The notes beneath the pieces were generated by a model. The model did not search any database. It saw only the letters and a program-made list of their open reading frames with translations, and was not told the DNA's origin. A DNA stretch of 60,842 bases, the filler included. It is 6 parts of 6 records of this genome, joined end to end, with 100 filler letters (N's around TTAATTAATTAA, not from the genome) between each part and the next. Parts side by side here need not be neighbours in the genome. Positions count along the whole stretch, not along the records: positions 52,072 to 60,842 come from SRR31156797_18268; 5 more parts are not named here. One strand, written 5' to 3'. Below are positions 52,494 to 60,842 of this stretch, piece by piece (position 1 is the first letter of the stretch; each line of letters begins with the position of its first letter). Made by a program: the position numbers and the translations under genes.

Positions 52494-54667
52494 AGTCCCC
52501 TCTTTGTCTCCAGAATCAGCTCTCTCAAGGTATCCACCGAACCGGCACCTGCCCACTCCTTCTCAAAGTCTTTATGCTGGACAACTGCGGCTAGTGCGGA
52601 GAGAGTAACCAGGTGGAAATGCCGCTGGTCCCTGGAGCCCACCAGAAAGAAGATGGACCTGACCGCATCACGGGACTCATCGAAACGGATACCCTTTCTG
52701 GAACGGACGATCAACAACTTGAAGGTATTCTCCTGATCCACAACAACATGGGGAACCGCAAAGAAAGGGCTCAAGGCGGTCGAGCTGGCCTTCTCCCGCT
52801 CCTCAAAGAGCTCGAGAAGAGTTTTCTGGTCAAAAGAATCATCAGCCAGAACTTTAGCAGCCTTCCTGAACAATCCCTCCCGTGAGGTATTTCTATTGTA
52901 GTCGATAACGGCGCAAGACCGGATCAGGGAGCGGAAGCGGTCCTGCTCATCCTCATCCTTACCGGAAAGGATCTGCTCCATCTCCTCCTTGACCTTGCGA
53001 GTGGAGAAATCTTTTGTATAAAGTCGCTCTACCAGCTTCAGCATATCGCGGTTAATGGAAGAAGGCCGTTCACTCATGGCGACGGAGAGATTGGCATTAA
53101 AACCGGCATCCGTTCCAGGCTTGCTGGCTCCGGGACGAAACCGTTTCTCAAAATCCTCAAAAATCCTATCCGCTTCTTCCTCAAGAATCTCATCGAAGGC
53201 TTTCTTCTCCCGCAGCCGGGACATAAAAGCCCCCTCATGCTCATCCAGGTAGTCGAAAAGATCCTTCTGATAGTTGAGCAACTTATTGCTGGGATATCTG
53301 TCCAGACGACCGGAGGTTCCGGCTTTGAGAATCATAACCTGTTTATATACATCGATGGGAGTATACTGGGGCTGTTTGAGAATCTCCGTCAGACACTCCC
53401 CTCTTTTAAGTTGGTTCTTGGTGGCACTGTCCAGATCCGAAGAGAACTGCATAAAGGCCGCCAGTTCCCGGAACTGGGCCAGATCGATCCGGAGAGAACC
53501 GGATGTCTGTTTCATAACCTTGAGCTGAGCGTCTCCACCCACGCGGGAAACGGAAATACCCACATTTATAGCCGGACGGAGTCCTGAATTGAACAGGCTG
53601 GTCTCCAGAAAAATCTGACCGTCAGTAATGGAGATAACATTTGTAGGAATATAAGCGGATACATCCCCTTCCTGGGTTTCAACGATGGGAAGAGAGGTGA
53701 GGGAGCCTCCGCCCTGGACGTCGCTCATTTTGGCGGCCCGCTCCAACAACCGGGAGTGGAGGTAAAAGATATCACCGGGATAGGCTTCCCGTCCGGGAGA
53801 GCGCCTCATAAGAAGAGAAAGTTCCCGATAGGCCTGTGAGTGTTTGGTCAGATCGTCATAAATAACCAGGGCATGTTTACCGTTATCTCTGAAGTACTCG
53901 GCCATGGCGGTAGCTGCATAAGGCGCGAGATACTGCAAAGAAGCCGGATCCGATGCGGTAGCCGCCACCACAGTGGTATATTCCATAACTCCGTAGCGTT
54001 TAAGAGTTTCTACAATCTGAACGACCGAAGAGCGTTTCTGGCCGATGGCCACATAAAAACAGTAAACCTTGTCCTCGGAGAGAGTTGTTTTCTGATTCAG
54101 AATGGTATCTATAGCAATCGTTGTCTTTCCGGTTCTTCTGTCGCCGATAATCAGCTCACGCTGCCCCCTCCCTATAGGAATCATGGAATCGATAGCTTTC
54201 AGACCTGTCTGCATGGGTTCGGAAACATCCTGACGGGCGATAATCCCCGGTCCCTTGGCTTCCACATTGTTATACACGGCAGCCTTAACGGGCCCCAGAC
54301 CGTCCAGAGGATTCCCCAGAGGATCAACCACACGACCCAGAAGAGACTCCCCTGCGGGAACCCGGGCCACATTGTGGGTCCGCTTTACAAGACAGCCCTC
54401 CCGGACCTTCTCGTGACCGGAAAAGAGAATAACTCCCACTGTCTCCTCTTCCAGATTCATAACCATTCCCTCGATGGTGAGCCCATCTTCAACTTCGATC
54501 TCGACAAGCTCCCCCATCAGAATGTTGTCCAGTCCCCATACCTGGGCGATTCCGTCTCCCGACTGTAAAACCCTTCCTACTTCGATCTCCCTCCCCTCCG
54601 GGGAAAATCCGGCAATGCGGCTTTTCAAGACATCCAGCAATTCAGCCGGCTTTATTTCTTCTCTCAT
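52490..54667 (-). CDS. atpA: F1 ATP synthase alpha subunit with C-terminal PTS EIIA type-2 domain fusion
   Basis: [56 protein letters not shown] (aa 1-510); then [19 protein letters not shown]...KGIRF...IFFLVG...HLVTLSAL. Confidence 0.95.
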   Translation of the reverse strand: MREEIKPAELLDVLKSRIAGFSPEGREIEVGRVLQSGDGIAQVWGLDNILMGELVEIEVEDGLTIEGMVMNLEEETVGVILFSGHEKVREGCLVKRTHNVARVPAGESLLGRVVDPLGNPLDGLGPVKAAVYNNVEAKGPGIIARQDVSEPMQTGLKAIDSMIPIGRGQRELIIGDRRTGKTTIAIDTILNQKTTLSEDKVYCFYVAIGQKRSSVVQIVETLKRYGVMEYTTVVAATASDPASLQYLAPYAATAMAEYFRDNGKHALVIYDDLTKHSQAYRELSLLMRRSPGREAYPGDIFYLHSRLLERAAKMSDVQGGGSLTSLPIVETQEGDVSAYIPTNVISITDGQIFLETSLFNSGLRPAINVGISVSRVGGDAQLKVMKQTSGSLRIDLAQFRELAAFMQFSSDLDSATKNQLKRGECLTEILKQPQYTPIDVYKQVMILKAGTSGRLDRYPSNKLLNYQKDLFDYLDEHEGAFMSRLREKKAFDEILEEEADRIFEDFEKRFRPGASKPGTDAGFNANLSVAMSERPSSINRDMLKLVERLYTKDFSTRKVKEEMEQILSGKDEDEQDRFRSLIRSCAVIDYNRNTSREGLFRKAAKVLADDSFDQKTLLELFEEREKASSTALSPFFAVPHVVVDQENTFKLLIVRSRKGIRFDESRDAVRSIFFLVGSRDQRHFHLVTLSALAAVVQHKDFEKEWAGAGSVDTLRELILETKRGL

Positions 54668-55209
54668 TCTGATTTCCTATACAATACTCTTTTCAGCTGC
54701 CCAATCCTGCTTTTCAGAGACAGATCAAGCAGCCTGTTGTTCCACTGAAAAGTCATCCCCCCCATCAAATCGGATCGGGCGCACCAGTCCGCTTCCAACT
54801 TTCCGGGGATTCTCTTTCCCAGTCCCTCAAGAATATCCTGCTTCAGCTGTTTATCAGGGGAGGACACCGTTTCAATACGGACTCTGGTTACTCCCAGATC
54901 CCGATCACGCTCATCCCGCAGGGCTTCCGTCAGATAGGGCAGAGCCCCGAGCCGTCTGTTCTGCTCCATAAGCCGGACAGCCGTGCCCGTCATTTCACCC
55001 AGATAGGGCAGTAGAGCCGTCTCTATAAAGACCCGGCTTTTTTCGCTAGATGGATCCGCCGTCAGGCAGAACTCTCGTATTTCCGAGACATCTCCCATCA
55101 GTCGGTCCAGGATATCCATATCCTCTTCCAGAAGATCATGGAGATCCAGATCCCGGGAGGCTTCATACAAAGCCCTGGCATAGCGGCGGACAACAGTATG
55201 ACCTTTCAT
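54664..55209 (-). CDS. atpH: ATP synthase delta subunit
   Basis: [19 protein letters not shown]...LLDLSLKSR; position between b and alpha. Confidence 0.88.
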   Translation of the reverse strand: MKGHTVVRRYARALYEASRDLDLHDLLEEDMDILDRLMGDVSEIREFCLTADPSSEKSRVFIETALLPYLGEMTGTAVRLMEQNRRLGALPYLTEALRDERDRDLGVTRVRIETVSSPDKQLKQDILEGLGKRIPGKLEADWCARSDLMGGMTFQWNNRLLDLSLKSRIGQLKRVLYRKSE

Positions 55210-55688
55210 AGCTTACCCACCAGCTCTCGGCTGAACTCCCGCTCTCTCTCTCCTACGACACTGATACCTGTTACTTCTTCCGTAGCACTGCAAATAAAGT
55301 CCGCCAACTCCGTCCTGAGGGCTTCAATCATAATCTGACGTTCCTGTTCGGCCTGGCGTCTGGCCTGTTCTAATATGGCTTTCGCCTCTTTATCAGCCTG
55401 ACGGGAAAGCTTCTTCCGGAGAGCATCCCCTTCCTGACGGATATTCAAGAGGATTCTGTCGGCCTCGGCCTCGGCCTGCTTTAGAACTTCATCCCGTTCC
55501 GCTTTTATCTCATCCAGCCTTCTTTCCACCTCAGCCGTCTTATCCACGGAAGAACGGATATACTCCTCCCGCTCCTGAAGATTTTTCAGTATCACGGGAA
55601 CCACATAACGGGCGAGAATGAAAAATAGAATACCGAAGCTTATCCAGGTCCAGATGGCCAGGCCCGGTTCTAATTTGAATAAATCCAT
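55206..55688 (-). CDS. atpF: ATP synthase F0 subunit b
   Basis: PGLAIWTWISFGILFFIL...P.I...LQEREEYI plus long helix. Confidence 0.9.
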   Translation of the reverse strand: MDLFKLEPGLAIWTWISFGILFFILARYVVPVILKNLQEREEYIRSSVDKTAEVERRLDEIKAERDEVLKQAEAEADRILLNIRQEGDALRKKLSRQADKEAKAILEQARRQAEQERQIMIEALRTELADFICSATEEVTGISVVGEREREFSRELVGKL

Positions 55689-55693
55689 AAGAC

Positions 55694-55921
55694 TTATTGA
55701 AAGATAACCAGCAATCCGACGATAGCCCCGAAAAAGGCCAGACCTTCAATCAACGCAGCCATCAGAATCATATTCGTCCGGATGTCTTTCTTTTCCGATG
55801 GCTGTCTGGCAATGGCCTCCATCGCCCGTCCGCCGACCAGACCGATACCAATGCCACCTCCGCAAATACCAAGACCGGCTCCGACAACCGCGAGTGCTTT
55901 CGCAAGTAATGTTAACTCCAT
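55694..55921 (-). CDS. atpE: ATP synthase F0 subunit c (H+-type signature)
   Basis: GxGxGxG, IARQP, ALIEG; lacks the Na+-type Q...ES/T..Y ligands. Confidence 0.93.
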   Translation of the reverse strand: MELTLLAKALAVVGAGLGICGGGIGIGLVGGRAMEAIARQPSEKKDIRTNMILMAALIEGLAFFGAIVGLLVIFQ

Positions 55922-55949
55922 AATAATCTCCTAAAAATCTGAATCTCGT

Positions 55950-56795
55950 TTAATGCTCACTGGCATTGGAAATAAAAATACAACTTAAAAGGGTGAACAC
56001 CAGAGCCTGAAGAAAAACGATAAGGACTTCCAACAGGTAAGTGAACACCGCAAAAGGAACGGAAATGAAACCCATAAAGGGGCTGACGATGATGATCAAT
56101 ACCAGAAAAGAGAGTATGGCCATATGACCGGCAAACATATTGGCAAAGAGCCGGATGGCCAGAACCATAGCCTTGGTAAAGATGCTCAGAAATTCCAGAA
56201 AGGCCACGAACAGACCGATTCCAAGTCCCGTTCCCGATGGAAACAGATTCCTGAAGAAGGCTTTGAAGCCGATCTCACTGAATCCGACGATAAAGGTTAA
56301 AAGCAGAGTCATGATTGCCATGGCCCCTGTGACGTTGATGTTTCCTGTGGCGGTTTTCAGGGCGGGTATAAGGCCGATCAGATTGGCGGTCAAAATGAAA
56401 AGAAACATGGTGGCGAAGAAAGCCAGCCAGCGTCGGCCCTTCTCTTCTCCCATAACAGGATATACGATCTCGTCCTTCACATAGATAACCAGTGACTCCA
56501 GCAGCAACTGCCCTTTGCGGGGTTTCAAAGTCCTTCGCCGGGAGAATCCCAGATAGAGGCCGGAAATCAAAACTGTAGACATTAAAAGCATCAGGAGATG
56601 AACGGTCAAATACCCGGGAAGTTGAAGCTCGGGACAATAGGGAAAGAGCTCCATTACCCTGCCGTTCAAAACATGATCGAAGAGAATATCAGAAACATTT
56701 GATTCAGCTGACAGGGGTTCAGATACAAAGAGGAGAAGGAGAGAACAGGCTCTCAGGACTGTCTTTTTTCTAATTAAACTCTGGCAAGTAATCAT
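55950..56795 (-). CDS. atpB: ATP synthase F0 subunit a
   Basis: NLIGLIP, TATGNINVT, LAIRLFANMFAGH, LQALVFTLL. Confidence 0.93.
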   Translation of the reverse strand: MITCQSLIRKKTVLRACSLLLLFVSEPLSAESNVSDILFDHVLNGRVMELFPYCPELQLPGYLTVHLLMLLMSTVLISGLYLGFSRRRTLKPRKGQLLLESLVIYVKDEIVYPVMGEEKGRRWLAFFATMFLFILTANLIGLIPALKTATGNINVTGAMAIMTLLLTFIVGFSEIGFKAFFRNLFPSGTGLGIGLFVAFLEFLSIFTKAMVLAIRLFANMFAGHMAILSFLVLIIIVSPFMGFISVPFAVFTYLLEVLIVFLQALVFTLLSCIFISNASEH

Positions 56796-57085
56796 GGGTA
56801 AATCCTTATGACTTTGATTACCACCTTTCCTGAAAACTAGTCAATCACAGTTTCGGATATTGTCCTATACTGACCGACATTGTCCATTTCAATGGGTTTA
56901 TAATCCGCAAAAAGAAGATTGCCCCCTTTGATATTCCTACCGATTAAAAAATAAGGTCCCACCCTACCGGACACGACAGTACAGCCAGGTTGACCGGGGG
57001 GAGCCATCGCAGCCCGGAGGCCGTGCCGGTTCCGTTCTAACAAGCCCCGCCGCCGGGAAAAGTCTCCGGGATGGGGCAATCCATA

Positions 57086-57624
57086 TCAACTCTTAAAAGA
57101 GATCATCGACTCCTTAACCACAGAAGGATGAATATAAAACAGATCTTCCGACTGACTGCTTCGGCATAGGAGCTTCCCGTCCTTCTCATTCCAGACAGAA
57201 ACGGTGTAATTCCCGTTGCTTCCGGAAAGGCTGAATTCCCAGTGCGCGGAGTCTCCCGTCGTCTCAAGCTCTATGATATCTCTGGAATCTACCACTCCTT
57301 TGGCAATACTGTCGAAGTGGGAACTGGTACTGAGAAACTGAAACAAACCGATTAGAGGACGGGGAATCAGAAAGAGAACATTTCCTATAATATAGAGAAA
57401 GAAATTAACGGCCGAATTATAAATGTAAGAATCAGAGGCAGAAAATTAAAAAAATGTCTCAGACTGACCTGACCGATCAGAAAGTATGTGGAAAAGTAAA
57501 ACCAGCCGGTGATTGACTTACACAGACCGTGAGCCGTATTTATATCATTGCCGTCTATGGAAACCTTCCCGGCCGTGGGCTGAAGATAGCCTGTGAGAAT
57601 ACGCAGAGTGGTAGACTTTCCCTC
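57086..57624 (-). pseudogene. Collapsed relic of a GldA/GldF/DUF4340-type ABC transporter operon
   Basis: Minus-strand fragments GKSTTLRILTGYLQPTAGKVSIDG (ABC ATPase), GWFYFSTYFLIGQVSLRHFF and FQFLSTSSHFDSIAKGVVDSRDII (GldF-like permease), then a DUF4340-like tail; no start codon, frameshift. Confidence 0.7.
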
Positions 57625-57814
57625 TCCCCTGGTTGCGGAAAGAAGGAGAGAGTCTCCTGAAAAAAGAGAAAAGTAAATATGAGTAAGAATAATAAATTAG
57701 ATTTCTCACAACTCGACTATAATCAGCTTTGCTTTTTTTTTGTCAAGAAATGGGGCACCATGCTTTAACAACGTCATTTTTAGAGAAATACATATACATT
57801 CCGACATATCCCCT

Positions 57815-59467
57815 TCAAACCAACGAACACAGGGGCAGTCTGGAGGGAATAGAGTATAAAAAGCCCTGAATCAGATCACAGGGGAGCTCCATCAGACGAT
57901 GCAACTGTTCTTCCGTCTCCACTCCTTCAGCTACGATCCTGAAGCCGTTGGCCCTTGCAATCTCGCAAATACAGCGAACCATAACAAAGTCCCGTTCACT
58001 TCTATTGATTCCATCTATGAAAGATCTGTCGATCTTCAGTTCATAAAAGGGGAGCTTGTTGATATACAGAAGAGAATTATAGCCAGTCCCGAAGTCATCC
58101 AGTGAAAATTTTATTCCCAGACGGCTGAGGCTTCTCATGTTTTCTCTCACATCATCAAGATCATCTAAAAGTACCGATTCGATTACCTCAAAAATTAGAC
58201 GGTCGGTCAGAGAAGGGTGACTGTTCATCAGCGTTTCCACATAATCAATAAAGAGAGAGCTGTACAGACAGGATGGAGGGATGTTAACAGAAATCTCCGT
58301 TTGATCACCATAAAGCGAGTCAATCCTGTCCAGGTCCGACATCGCCATATCCAGAACGAGTTCCGTAAGCCTACGCGTCAGATTCAGCCGGGAGATAACA
58401 GATAGAAATTCCGAAGGAGGAATCATCCCTCTAGAGGGAGATTCCCAGCGGATCAGGGCTTCCAGCCCCATAACCCGTTGTACCGTCCGATCCCGTTTCT
58501 CCTGATAGCAGAGGAAGAACTCATTTCTCTCCAGGGCCTCTTGTATATCCGTAAAAAGATCGGCTTCATTTCTTATCCTCTCCTCCATACTGGCGGAATA
58601 TACGATATGCCTGGGCTTAAGAAAAAAAGGATAGTCTATGGCCATGGCTGCTCTATGATAGAGCCTCTGAAAACTGTCGCCATGCTTCGGATAAACCGCA
58701 AAGGCACTGTGAAGACAGAGAGAATATATCCCTCCCTCCCGCCTGAAGACATCGAACAGATCGTCCCGGAGAGCTTCCAGATATATGTTTATATCACCTT
58801 CATATTCGCTCCAGAGGGCAAATTCCACTCCCGTAAGATGGGCCGAACAGAGAGTATCATCCTCATGATGTTGCAAGGCTCTTCCGAACCTGCGGATAAT
58901 CCGGTTTCCGAACTCCCTGCCGTAAACGGTATTGATGATACGGAAGTTCTTCAGATCCAGAATAACCAGATACCCCCTGGAGCAGCCTTGAAGAATACGC
59001 TCGTCTACATAGTTCTCCATCCATTTCTGTCCCCTCATTCCCGTCTGATAGCTGATGCGCTCCTCGCTATCACGACTTCTTCCCATCCAGGTGAATGTTC
59101 CTAAAAGAATGACCAGAGTATAGAAAAGAACACTCACTTTGCTCAAATGGTGAAGAGACTCAAACTCCCTTCGATTGAAAAGTGTTCCGTGAGAGAGGAA
59201 AACTGCCGTAGACAGTGTGAGAACCATGGCAGCCGACAGAGACATCCTCTGCCTTCCGGAGAACTTCTTCCTGAAGAGCAGCCCCCAGACAGAAAGGACG
59301 ATAGAGATGAGAAAGGCGGCCTCAGACAATCGTAAAGCCCCCTGGATGACAAATATCTCAACACCCAGCATCAGAACGGAAAGCAAAGCCCCTGAGATCA
59401 TGACAATATTGAAATACGGAATCTCTTTGGCCCATCGAATTAATAACCTTCTAATATAAACGACCAT
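57815..59467 (-). CDS. Membrane GGDEF(degenerate)-EAL c-di-GMP phosphodiesterase
   Basis: About 4 TMs; DLKNFRIINTVYG...TGVEF (degenerate GGDEF); EALIRW, SVN, EVIE, DDFGTGY, KID, AEGVET, QGF. Confidence 0.9.
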   Translation of the reverse strand: MVVYIRRLLIRWAKEIPYFNIVMISGALLSVLMLGVEIFVIQGALRLSEAAFLISIVLSVWGLLFRKKFSGRQRMSLSAAMVLTLSTAVFLSHGTLFNRREFESLHHLSKVSVLFYTLVILLGTFTWMGRSRDSEERISYQTGMRGQKWMENYVDERILQGCSRGYLVILDLKNFRIINTVYGREFGNRIIRRFGRALQHHEDDTLCSAHLTGVEFALWSEYEGDINIYLEALRDDLFDVFRREGGIYSLCLHSAFAVYPKHGDSFQRLYHRAAMAIDYPFFLKPRHIVYSASMEERIRNEADLFTDIQEALERNEFFLCYQEKRDRTVQRVMGLEALIRWESPSRGMIPPSEFLSVISRLNLTRRLTELVLDMAMSDLDRIDSLYGDQTEISVNIPPSCLYSSLFIDYVETLMNSHPSLTDRLIFEVIESVLLDDLDDVRENMRSLSRLGIKFSLDDFGTGYNSLLYINKLPFYELKIDRSFIDGINRSERDFVMVRCICEIARANGFRIVAEGVETEEQLHRLMELPCDLIQGFLYSIPSRLPLCSLV

Positions 59468-60842
59468 CAGGACTTTCCTTATCCAATGACTCTAACAACG
59501 ATAATTCTCTGCTCTCCGGCTCCTGCCGGCCTGACTCGGACAAGTCCTCCTCCAGACGGAATCCGGATAGACTCTTTTTTACCCGTTCTATCAGCCCGGT
59601 GCTCTCTTTTATATTGATCTCCACATCAGAGAACGCCTTTCCGATCATTACATTGTCACGAACCACATCATCCGTAGCCTTGCTGATGGCATCTCCGTTC
59701 TTCTGAAGCTTCTCCATCTCACTGCTCAGAAGGGCGATGGAACCACTCATAACGCCCGTCTCACGGTCCACACTCTCCGAAGTGGATCTCATGCTCTCCA
59801 GGGCCTCGCTAATCTGCCGGTTCCCTACACTCTGTTCCTGAAGAGCCGCATTAAGATCGGCCTCCAGACCGATAACCACGTCCACAAGGTTCTGAATGGC
59901 TGCCAGACTCTTTGCGGCCACTCCCGTTCCCTCCGAGATCATCCGGATCCGATCGCTGATGTCCGTCATAGCGTCGCTGATAAACAGGGACTGTTGACCG
60001 GTGGTCTCCGCCAGTTTGCGAATTTCTTCGGCCACCACGGAGAATCCGGCTCCGGCGCTCCCGGCATGAGCCGCCTCAATGGCAGCGTTGATAGAAAGAA
60101 GGTTTGTCTGGGCGGCGATATCGGAGATAATCGTATTCATCTCCAGAAGCGCGGAAGATTTGTCCAGAATCCAGGCGACATCCTGACTCACATCCCCCAG
60201 AAGAGCACGCCCTTCGTCGGAGGCGCTTCTTAATTTCTGGTAATGCCCCCGGGACCGGTCGGTAACCGATGCGATGGAGTTGATCCCCGCCATCATCTGC
60301 TCCACAGCCGAAACCGATTCCATGATTTTCTCATTCAGCACGGCAACGGCGGCCGCAAGGACATCAATCCCCTCCATAAAGGCTGAAAGAGAGTTATCCA
60401 CTTCCCCCACTCCCCTGCTGTTATCAGCACACGCATCCTGCATACGTTCAACAGACAAATTCACATTGGCAAAGTTCCTGCCCGCCGTCTCCATCTTCCC
60501 GGAAAGAAGACCGTCATTGCGCCCCAAAGACTTAACGGAATCGAGGATGATCAGCAGTTTGCGGCTGAGGTCGGTTGTCAGGCTGTTAAAACCGCTTGAA
60601 AGCTGCCCGATCTCATCACGACCCCTGTACTCCATCTTCACCCTGAAATCTCCATCGGCGATAAGACGGAATTCATTGCGCAGCATTATAAGAGGCCTGG
60701 TTAAACGATGTGCAATGATCACGATGGATGTGAATATCAGGATAAGAAAGAAGACGACCAGAATAGCAACGGCCCGATAGAGATGAGACAGGCGATGATT
60801 TACAAGCTTTACGGAGATATCACTGAGCAGAAGCCAGCATCC
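59451..60842 (-). CDS. Methyl-accepting chemotaxis protein, 5'-truncated by window end
   Basis: TM plus HAMP (GRDEIGQLS..FN); IAAQTNLLSINAAIEAAHAG..GAGFSVVAEEIRKLAE; frame open to 60842. Confidence 0.93.
   Translation of the reverse strand, partial: GCWLLLSDISVKLVNHRLSHLYRAVAILVVFFLILIFTSIVIIAHRLTRPLIMLRNEFRLIADGDFRVKMEYRGRDEIGQLSSGFNSLTTDLSRKLLIILDSVKSLGRNDGLLSGKMETAGRNFANVNLSVERMQDACADNSRGVGEVDNSLSAFMEGIDVLAAAVAVLNEKIMESVSAVEQMMAGINSIASVTDRSRGHYQKLRSASDEGRALLGDVSQDVAWILDKSSALLEMNTIISDIAAQTNLLSINAAIEAAHAGSAGAGFSVVAEEIRKLAETTGQQSLFISDAMTDISDRIRMISEGTGVAAKSLAAIQNLVDVVIGLEADLNAALQEQSVGNRQISEALESMRSTSESVDRETGVMSGSIALLSSEMEKLQKNGDAISKATDDVVRDNVMIGKAFSDVEINIKESTGLIERVKKSLSGFRLEEDLSESGRQEPESRELSLLESLDKESPDGRLY

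Noticed and set aside
53840-54568. 242-aa plus-strand ORF (also 58478-59104, 60274-60780, 23310-23915, 8204-8665 and similar)
   Set aside because: These are antisense shadows of well-supported genes with no motif or RBS support.
52072-56795. Na+-translocating N-ATPase
   Set aside because: A separate delta subunit is present, there is no atpD-C-Q-R upstream, and subunit c lacks Na+ ligands.
56837-57079. 80-aa ORF upstream of atpB as a possible atpI
   Set aside because: It has no hydrophobic segments, a TTG start without RBS, and overlaps a GC-rich hairpin region.
1-60842. tRNA, rRNA, transposase or integrase genes
   Set aside because: None were recognised by eye in any intergenic region or ORF.

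Overview
This window is not one locus. It joins six unrelated contigs with five artificial 100-nt spacers (N44-TTAATTAATTAA-N44). Contigs 1 (1-17282) and 2 (17383-23995) come from a Methanosarcinaceae-like methanogen. They carry housekeeping genes (gpmI, fen, msrB, MATE, presenilin homolog), an ArsR/AhpD redox locus, the methanogenesis-marker cluster mmp3-6-5-15-17-7, aroK, a type IV pilin and an ArlD/E protein with NPF repeats. Contig 3 (24096-29905) is an AT-rich diderm with a radical SAM gene, yhbY, a GT2 gene and a sigma54/Fur-box-controlled fur locus. Contig 4 (30006-41329) is Bacteroidota, with an FG-GAP/MBG surface protein, a two-HxK PLD protein beside an M.HaeIII-like methylase, trxB, a sulfonolipid SulA-like enzyme, bamD and rpoZ. 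Contig 5 (41430-51971) is a very AT-rich diderm, possibly Fusobacteriota. Contig 6 (52072-60842) is a probable spirochaete with an F-type ATP synthase operon, a GGDEF/EAL gene and an MCP. The most striking observation is an F1 alpha subunit (AtpA) carrying an in-frame ~215-aa C-terminal extension that ends in a PTS EIIA type-2 domain with its phospho-acceptor His intact, a candidate PTS-regulated ATP synthase. Other leads are a PLD/GGCC-type methylase pair (candidate atypical restriction-modification system), a collapsed three-gene ABC operon relic upstream of atpB, and NPF/DPF short-motif repeats in an archaellum protein. All family assignments come from motif recognition by eye; no searches were run.
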